The notes under the pieces were generated by a model, which was not told the origin of the DNA, did no database searches, and saw nothing but the letters and a program-made list of their open reading frames with translations. A stretch of DNA of 39,786 nt from an uncultured Gemmatimonadales bacterium (lineage in GTDB: Bacteria > Gemmatimonadota > Gemmatimonadetes > Gemmatimonadales > GWC2-71-9), in the NCBI GenBank assembly GCA_963825055.1, contig CAWGSK010000010.1, forward strand, positions 1 to 39,786, in the 5' to 3' direction. The translations under genes and the position numbers were made by a program. This document shows positions 34,496 through 39,786 of the stretch, piece after piece (the stretch's first letter is position 1; every line of letters starts with the position of its first letter).

Positions 34496-37107
34496 GCACC
34501 CAGCCATTCCGCTACGATGCCGGGCGTGGCCTCCCGCACCCTCGGAACGTCGGATGGATCGCCGAGGCCGGCCGAGGCAAACTGCGGACGCCCTCCCCCG
34601 CGACCACCGCTCACCGCCGCGATCCGCTGGACGAGGTCGCCTGCCCGGCGCCCGGTCTTTACCAGATCGTCAGTCACCGCCACGTGCACGGCCCCGCGGC
34701 CGGCCGTCCCGAACAGCACCAGGACCCCCTTCGTGCGCCCCTCGCGGAAGCGGTCCGCGATAGCGGTGATCTCATTGCGGTCCTCGGCCATGGTATCGCC
34801 GACAGTCACCTCGATCCCCTGGACGGTATGAACCTCTCCCGTGGCCTGCCCGGCGCCCGTCCGCAGCATCTCGGCCATGCGTTCCTCCAGCCGGCTGCGA
34901 TCCTCCACCATCTGCTCGATCCGGCGCACGAGGTGCTCGGGCTGCACCTTCAGGGCGCCAGCCGCATCGGCGAGCTGCTGCTCGAGCTCCCCGACCAGCC
35001 GATATGCGCCCGGGCCCGTCACCGCCTCGATCCGGCGCACTCCGGCCGCGACTCCCCCCTGGCTGGTGAAGCGGAACAGGCCCACCTGCCCCGTGGTACG
35101 CACGTGGGTCCCGCCGCAGAGTTCCAGCGAAGGACCCATGCGCACCACGCGCACCGTGTCGCCGTATTTCTCCGAGAAGAACGCCATCGCTCCCTCGGCC
35201 AGCGCCTCCTGGTACGGCATCTCGCGTGTCTGGACCGGGGCGTTGTCCCAGATCCACTCGTTGACGCGGTGTTCGATCTCGTGGAGCGTTTCCGGCTCGA
35301 TGGGGCCGTGGTGCGAGAAATCGAAGCGCAGGCGCTCCGGTTCCACCAGTGACCCCTGCTGCCGTACGTGAGTGCCGAGGATGTCTCGCAACGCCTTATG
35401 GACCAGGTGGGTCGCGCTGTGGTGCCGCTCGATGTTGCGCCGCCGGGGCGTGTCCACCGCCGCCTCCACCGGGGTCGGCTCGAACCGCTCCCCGAAGGTC
35501 CCGCCGAGCACCGTGCCCCTCGGGTCCTTGCGGACCTGCTCCACCCCGAGCGACCAGCCCTGGCCCGCGACCACCCCGGTATCGCTGACCTGCCCGCCGG
35601 ATTCCACGTAGAACGGGTTGTCCCGGAGCACCACCTCGACCGTCGGGCCGGACTGCCGGAAGGCGAGCACGTCGGTATCGGCACGGGTGGTGTCATAGCC
35701 GACGAACTCCTGCCGGCCTGGCGCGAGCTCACGCCAGTCGTCGGTCGGCGTGATCACCGCCGGCGCGGCACCGCCGGGGGTGGCACGCGCCGCGCGCGAG
35801 CGCTGCCGCTGTTCCTCGAGCGCCGCCTCGAACCCATCGAGGTCCACCGTGAGGCCCCGCTCGCCGGCGATCATCTGGGTGAGATCAACCGGGAAGCCGA
35901 AGGTATCGTACAGCCGGAACGCCTCATCGCCACTGATGCCCTTCGCACCGCCGGTGACGAGGTCGTCCAGGCGCCGCAGGCCACCCTCGATGGTCTCGAG
36001 GAACCGCTCTTCCTCCTTCCGGGTCACGTCCAGGATGAAATCGGCTTTCGTCACCAGCCCGGGCCACGCCCCGCCCATCTCCCGAACGACCGTCTGCGTC
36101 AGGGGAGCCAGGGTGGGATCGCGCCGGCCGAGGAGCCACGCATGGCGCACGGCCCGCCGGAGGATCCGTCGGAGCACGTAGCCGCGTCCCTCGTTGCCCG
36201 GGTAGACCCCGTCGGCGAGGAGAAAGCTCACCGCGCGCGCGTGGTCGGCAAGCACACGGAACGACGCGAGCGCTTCGGCCTGCGCCGGGTCGTACGGACG
36301 GCCCACCAGCTCACCGACCTGGTCCAGCAGCGGCCGGAAGAGATCGGTGTGAAAGTTGTCGTCCACTCCCTGCATGATGGCCGTGATGCGCTCGAGCCCC
36401 GCCCCCGTGTCCACCGAGGGACGCGGCAGGGGGTCCAGGGTGCCGTCCGCCGAGCGGTTGTACTCCATGAAGACGAGGTTCCAGATCTCCAGAAACCGGC
36501 CCGCCTCCGCCTGTATCTCGAAGTCCGGTCGATCAATCCGCTGCACCGGCTGCCCGGGCTTCCATTCGAGATCGACATAGATCTCGGTGCAGGGGCCGCA
36601 GGGGCCGGTATCCCCCATCTGCCAGAAGTTGTCCTTGTCGCCGAGCCCGTAGATCCGGTCATCCGGAAGGCCGGCGACCTCCCGCCAGAGTGCGCGGGCC
36701 TCGTCGTCGGTGTGGTGGACGCTCACCCGCAACCGGTCGGGATCGAGCCCCAGATAATCCCGGCTGGTCACCAGCTCCCAGGCGTACGCGATCGCGTCGC
36801 GCTTGAAGTAGTCGCCGAAGGAAAAGTTCCCCAGCATCTCGAAGAACGTGTGATGCCGCCGGGTGAGCCCGACCTGTTCCAGGTCATTGTGCTTACCGCC
36901 GGCCCGGACGCACTTCTGGACGGTCGTGGCCCGGGCGTAGTCGCGCTGTTCCTGGCCCAGAAAGGTGCGCTTGAACTGGACCATGCCCGCGTTCGTGAAC
37001 AGGAGGGTCGGGTCGTCAGCGGGCACCAGGGACGACGAAGGCACCTCGCGGTGCCCCCGGTCGACGAAAAAGTCGAGGAACAGACGACGAATCTCTGCGG
37101 CTTTCAT
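34492..37107 (-). CDS. alaS: Alanine--tRNA ligase
   Basis: LLFTNAGMVQFK, HHTFFEMLGNFSFGDYFK, GPCGPC, DTGAGLER, editing HSATH / ELCGGTH, C-terminal GRGGG. Confidence 0.98.
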   Translation of the reverse strand: MKAAEIRRLFLDFFVDRGHREVPSSSLVPADDPTLLFTNAGMVQFKRTFLGQEQRDYARATTVQKCVRAGGKHNDLEQVGLTRRHHTFFEMLGNFSFGDYFKRDAIAYAWELVTSRDYLGLDPDRLRVSVHHTDDEARALWREVAGLPDDRIYGLGDKDNFWQMGDTGPCGPCTEIYVDLEWKPGQPVQRIDRPDFEIQAEAGRFLEIWNLVFMEYNRSADGTLDPLPRPSVDTGAGLERITAIMQGVDDNFHTDLFRPLLDQVGELVGRPYDPAQAEALASFRVLADHARAVSFLLADGVYPGNEGRGYVLRRILRRAVRHAWLLGRRDPTLAPLTQTVVREMGGAWPGLVTKADFILDVTRKEEERFLETIEGGLRRLDDLVTGGAKGISGDEAFRLYDTFGFPVDLTQMIAGERGLTVDLDGFEAALEEQRQRSRAARATPGGAAPAVITPTDDWRELAPGRQEFVGYDTTRADTDVLAFRQSGPTVEVVLRDNPFYVESGGQVSDTGVVAGQGWSLGVEQVRKDPRGTVLGGTFGERFEPTPVEAAVDTPRRRNIERHHSATHLVHKALRDILGTHVRQQGSLVEPERLRFDFSHHGPIEPETLHEIEHRVNEWIWDNAPVQTREMPYQEALAEGAMAFFSEKYGDTVRVVRMGPSLELCGGTHVRTTGQVGLFRFTSQGGVAAGVRRIEAVTGPGAYRLVGELEQQLADAAGALKVQPEHLVRRIEQMVEDRSRLEERMAEMLRTGAGQATGEVHTVQGIEVTVGDTMAEDRNEITAIADRFREGRTKGVLVLFGTAGRGAVHVAVTDDLVKTGRRAGDLVQRIAAVSGGRGGGRPQFASAGLGDPSDVPRVREATPGIVAEWLGA

Positions 37108-37114
37108 GGGGCAG

Positions 37115-37120
37115 AATATA
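37115..37120 (-). promoter_or_regulatory. -10 element of a probable leaderless alaS transcript
   Basis: TATATT-7 nt-ATG. No Shine-Dalgarno. Confidence 0.55.
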
Positions 37121-37188
37121 GGGGGACAGCAGGGGTGTGGCGAGGCGGGACGAGCGCGCCCGGCCCGGGAGCGGCCGGATGGATCGGT

Positions 37189-37878
37189 TCATTCGGGGGC
37201 CGTGAGCACCTCGTCAACCAGGCCCCGTACCCGGGCTCCACTGAAGCCCCGGCGCGCGAGGTAGTTCACGATGCGTCGCCGCCGGACTGCGGGGGGAAGC
37301 GCGCGGAGTTGGCCGGCGCGCTTGCGGGCGAGGCTCCGCGGCATCGCATCGGGGTCCTCCTGCGCCTCCGACCACGCTCCCACCGCGCGCCGGGCGACCT
37401 GGTCGGCCACACCCATCGCGGCAAGATCGGCCAGGAGCCGGGCGGGGCCGCGCCCCCGCCCCGCCTTGAGATCCACGAACTCGGCCGCGAAGCGCGCATC
37501 GTCCAGGAGGCCTGCCTCGACGGCCCGCTCCAGCGCCCGGGCCACCGCTGCAGGGGGGTGCCCCTTCTGGCACAGGCGCCGCTCGAGATCTCGCCGGGCG
37601 AAGGCTCGCCGGGCCAGGTGCCGCAGCACCGTCCGCCAGGCGGCCTGCTCGTCTGCTGCAGCCTCCAGGCGAGCCCGGAGGCCCTCGTCCACCACCTGCG
37701 CTTCACGCAGACCTTCCGCCACAACCACGGACTCGGATACCGACCAGGTCAGCCGTCCTTCGACGTAGACCCGGACCACACCGGAACGGCGTGGATCCTG
37801 TTCGATCCCGGTGATCCGAGCCCCCAGCACCTCCCCGGCGGGTTCAGCCTGCTCCTGCCGGAACGCCGCCGCCCTCAC
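37189..37878 (-). CDS. recX: Regulatory protein RecX
   Basis: GTGA overlap with rec[25 protein letters not shown]. Confidence 0.9.
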   Translation of the reverse strand: MRAAAFRQEQAEPAGEVLGARITGIEQDPRRSGVVRVYVEGRLTWSVSESVVVAEGLREAQVVDEGLRARLEAAADEQAAWRTVLRHLARRAFARRDLERRLCQKGHPPAAVARALERAVEAGLLDDARFAAEFVDLKAGRGRGPARLLADLAAMGVADQVARRAVGAWSEAQEDPDAMPRSLARKRAGQLRALPPAVRRRRIVNYLARRGFSGARVRGLVDEVLTAPE

Positions 37879-38936
37879 GCGTCCGCTTGCTCCGCCGCCG
37901 CCACGACTTCCGCTTCAGGCCGGCTGGCCACGCCCAGGTATTCCTTCACCTTCTGTTCGACTTCGGCCATCATGGCGGGATTGTCCTTCAGGAACATCTT
38001 CGCGTTCTCACGACCCTGTCCGATCCGCTGGTCCCCGTAGGAGTACCACGCTCCGGACTTCTGGACGATGCCCGCCTCGGCGGCCAGGTCCACCAGCAGG
38101 GAGGCGTGGCTGATGCCTTCATCGAACATGACGTCGAACTCGGCCTGCTTGAAGGGCGGCGCGACCTTGTTCTTCACCACCTTCACCCGGACGTGATTCC
38201 CCACCACGGCGTCCCGGTCCTTCACCGGCCCGGTACGCCGGATATCCAGGCGGAGGGAGGCGTAGAACTTGAGCGCCTTGCCACCGGTGGTGGTCTCCGG
38301 ATTCCCGAACATGACGCCGATCTTTTCACGGAGCTGGTTGATGAAGACCACGGCGCACTGGGAGCGATTGATGGCGCCGGCGAGCTTCCGCAGCGCCTGG
38401 CTCATGAGCCGGGCCTGGAGGCCCATGTGGCTGTCCCCCATCTCGCCCTCGATTTCCGCCTTCGGTACCAGCGCGGCCACCGAGTCGATCACGACGAGAT
38501 CCACCGCGCCGCTCCGCACCAGGATCTCGACGATCTCCAGCGCCTGCTCACCGGTGTCCGGCTGGGAGACGAGAAGGTTTTCGATGTCCACGCCCAGCTT
38601 GCGGGCATACTCCACATCCAGGGCATGTTCGGCGTCCACATAGGCCGCGACGCCGCCGGCCCGCTGGGTATTGGCGGCCAGGTGGAGGGTGAGGGTGGTC
38701 TTGCCGGACGACTCCGGCCCGTAGATCTCGGTGATCCGGCCCCGCGGCACCCCCCCGATACCGATGGCGGCGTCCAGGTTGAGGGCCCCGGTGGAAATCG
38801 CCCCGACTTTCACCCGGGGACGGTCCGCGCCCATTCGCATGATGGAGCCCTTGCCGAGCTGCTTCTCGATCTGGCTGATGGCCAGCGTCAGTGCCTTCTT
38901 CTTCTGGGGGTCCATCCCGTTCTCTTCCGCCGCCAT
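37875..38936 (-). CDS. recA: Recombinase RecA
   Basis: [71 protein letters not shown]. Start ATG 38936 with GAGGTG RBS. Confidence 0.99.
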   Translation of the reverse strand: MAAEENGMDPQKKKALTLAISQIEKQLGKGSIMRMGADRPRVKVGAISTGALNLDAAIGIGGVPRGRITEIYGPESSGKTTLTLHLAANTQRAGGVAAYVDAEHALDVEYARKLGVDIENLLVSQPDTGEQALEIVEILVRSGAVDLVVIDSVAALVPKAEIEGEMGDSHMGLQARLMSQALRKLAGAINRSQCAVVFINQLREKIGVMFGNPETTTGGKALKFYASLRLDIRRTGPVKDRDAVVGNHVRVKVVKNKVAPPFKQAEFDVMFDEGISHASLLVDLAAEAGIVQKSGAWYSYGDQRIGQGRENAKMFLKDNPAMMAEVEQKVKEYLGVASRPEAEVVAAAEQADA

Positions 38937-38988
38937 GCCGCACCTCGAAGTATTGGAGTGACTGATTTTGCTCCACTTTGACACAACC

Positions 38989-39017
38989 AAGGTATCACCG
39001 AAGATAGGCCGAATCAA
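38989..39017 (-). promoter_or_regulatory. recA sigma70 promoter with embedded direct-repeat operator
   Basis: TTGATT (39012-39017)-N17-TACCTT (38989-38994) with TG extension. ACCGAAgatagGCCGAA on the plus strand at 38997-39013. Confidence 0.65.
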
Positions 39018-39109
39018 GAGGGAACTCCGGCCAGAGGCAGCATAACGGCTGAAAGCGGAGGCTCCGGGACCATCTTTGCCCACCTCGGCGCCGGGAAGCG
39101 CGGGAAGAC

Positions 39110-39517
39110 TCAGCGGTCCAGCGTCCACGCCCCGGGGAGGTGCTCCACATGCATCTTCCCGCCTCCGTAGTCATCCACGGCGATCAGGTCGAAGCGATAC
39201 TCGTCATTGGGCCGGCCGAAGCGGAGCCGCCACAACTCGGCTACCCGCGCGATGTTCTGGCGCTGCCGGCGCCCCAGCACCTGGAGCGGGGTCCCGCAGG
39301 CGTGGGAGCGGCGGGTCTTCACCTCGATGAACGCGACGACATTGCCTTTCCTGGCGACGACGTCCAGGTCATGCCGGCCAAGGCGATGACGGTGCGACTC
39401 GATGCTCCAGCCGCAGGCCGTAAGCCAGGCCATCGCCACCTGTTCACCGCGCAGGCCGCGCAGCTGGCGTTCATCCTCCCACTCGGAGGTCGGGGTGAAG
39501 CGTCGGGTGCGGGTCAC
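39110..39517 (-). CDS. yraN: YraN family (UPF0102) PD-(D/E)XK nuclease
   Basis: [32 protein letters not shown]. Confidence 0.85.
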   Translation of the reverse strand: MTRTRRFTPTSEWEDERQLRGLRGEQVAMAWLTACGWSIESHRHRLGRHDLDVVARKGNVVAFIEVKTRRSHACGTPLQVLGRRQRQNIARVAELWRLRFGRPNDEYRFDLIAVDDYGGGKMHVEHLPGAWTLDR

Positions 39518-39597
39518 GCACCACGGTGGGGGCCACTGCCCGGTGTCGCGTCACCACCGCGACGCGGCACGAAGCCTCCCGGCGCACACCGACCGGG

Positions 39598-39639
39598 AAA
39601 GCAGAGGGCCCGCAGCGCCATCCGGCACTGCGGGCCCTC
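39598..39639 (-). terminator. Intrinsic terminator
   Basis: GAGGGCCCGCAGTGCC-GGAT-GGCGCTGCGGGCCCTC (16-bp stem, one G:U) followed by TGCTTT. Confidence 0.7.
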
Positions 39640-39655
39640 CCACCAGACTCCCCGC

Positions 39656-39786
39656 TCAGCTGCCGGCGGGAGGCGGGTTGTCGCTGCTCCACATGTCGCG
39701 GTGGAAGCGCCAGCCCTGGGGCGTGTGCTTCCAGATGACCATGTACTTGCCGTTGTCCACTGCGGCACCGGTGGAGTCCGAGATGA
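39656..39786 (-). CDS. DUF4440 / NTF2-like protein, 3' end only (not in ORF track)
   Basis: Manual translation ...AAVDNGKYMVIWKHTPQGWRFHRDMWSSDNPPPAGS*. GKYxxxW..GW...D.WSS is typical of this family. Confidence 0.75.
   Translation of the reverse strand, partial: ISDSTGAAVDNGKYMVIWKHTPQGWRFHRDMWSSDNPPPAGS

Noticed and set aside
35368..38040. 890-aa plus-strand ORF
   Set aside because: Antisense shadow of alaS, recX and recA.
38954..38975. TGGAG-N12-CTCCA palindrome in the recA leader
   Set aside because: Only 5-bp perfect arms and no second copy noticed. Could be a weak RNA stem or chance.
38937..39128. N-terminal extensions from the ORF track on recA (also hflX, SDR, wzy, epimerase)
   Set aside because: Downstream starts have an RBS or a stop/start overlap and match family N-termini. 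The recA extension runs through its own promoter.

Overview
High-GC bacterial chromosomal window. Gene content and order suggest Gemmatimonadota; this is inference, with no marker search run. In order it holds: (1) the 3' end of a DUF5916-type outer-membrane protein; (2) a translationally coupled TonB-dependent receptor / YfiR-family / CHASE-HAMP-PAS hybrid histidine kinase operon behind a candidate CRP/FNR class II promoter and a G-rich heptamer repeat; (3) tRNA-Ile2(CAT) without encoded CCA and a DUF6526-like membrane protein; (4) a ~19 kb Wzx/Wzy-type surface-polysaccharide locus (6.1-25.6 kb) with an epimerase, five GT-B glycosyltransferases, flippase, Wzz-like co-polymerase, polymerase, priming transferase, WbpB/WbpD/WbpE/WbpI-like diacetamido-sugar genes and a large SLBB export protein; (5) a stand-alone isocitrate-lyase-family gene with an altered catalytic loop (RTCGH); (6) rarA-LEA_2-hflX; (7) a seven-gene coupled operon alaS-hypothetical-cpsB-gmhA-SDR-cca-ZIP; (8) yraN, recA-recX and the end of a DUF4440-type gene. 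No integrase, transposase, rRNA or CRISPR array was seen. The most interesting signals are an ACCGAA-N5-GCCGAA direct repeat shared by the recA promoter and the lyase leader (candidate lineage-specific SOS box), the TBDR-YfiR-kinase trans-envelope signalling module, a pilE-like G-quadruplex motif in the apparently leaderless rarA promoter, and a six-GGA leader (CsrA-like) on the priming glycosyltransferase. All calls come from motif recognition by eye.
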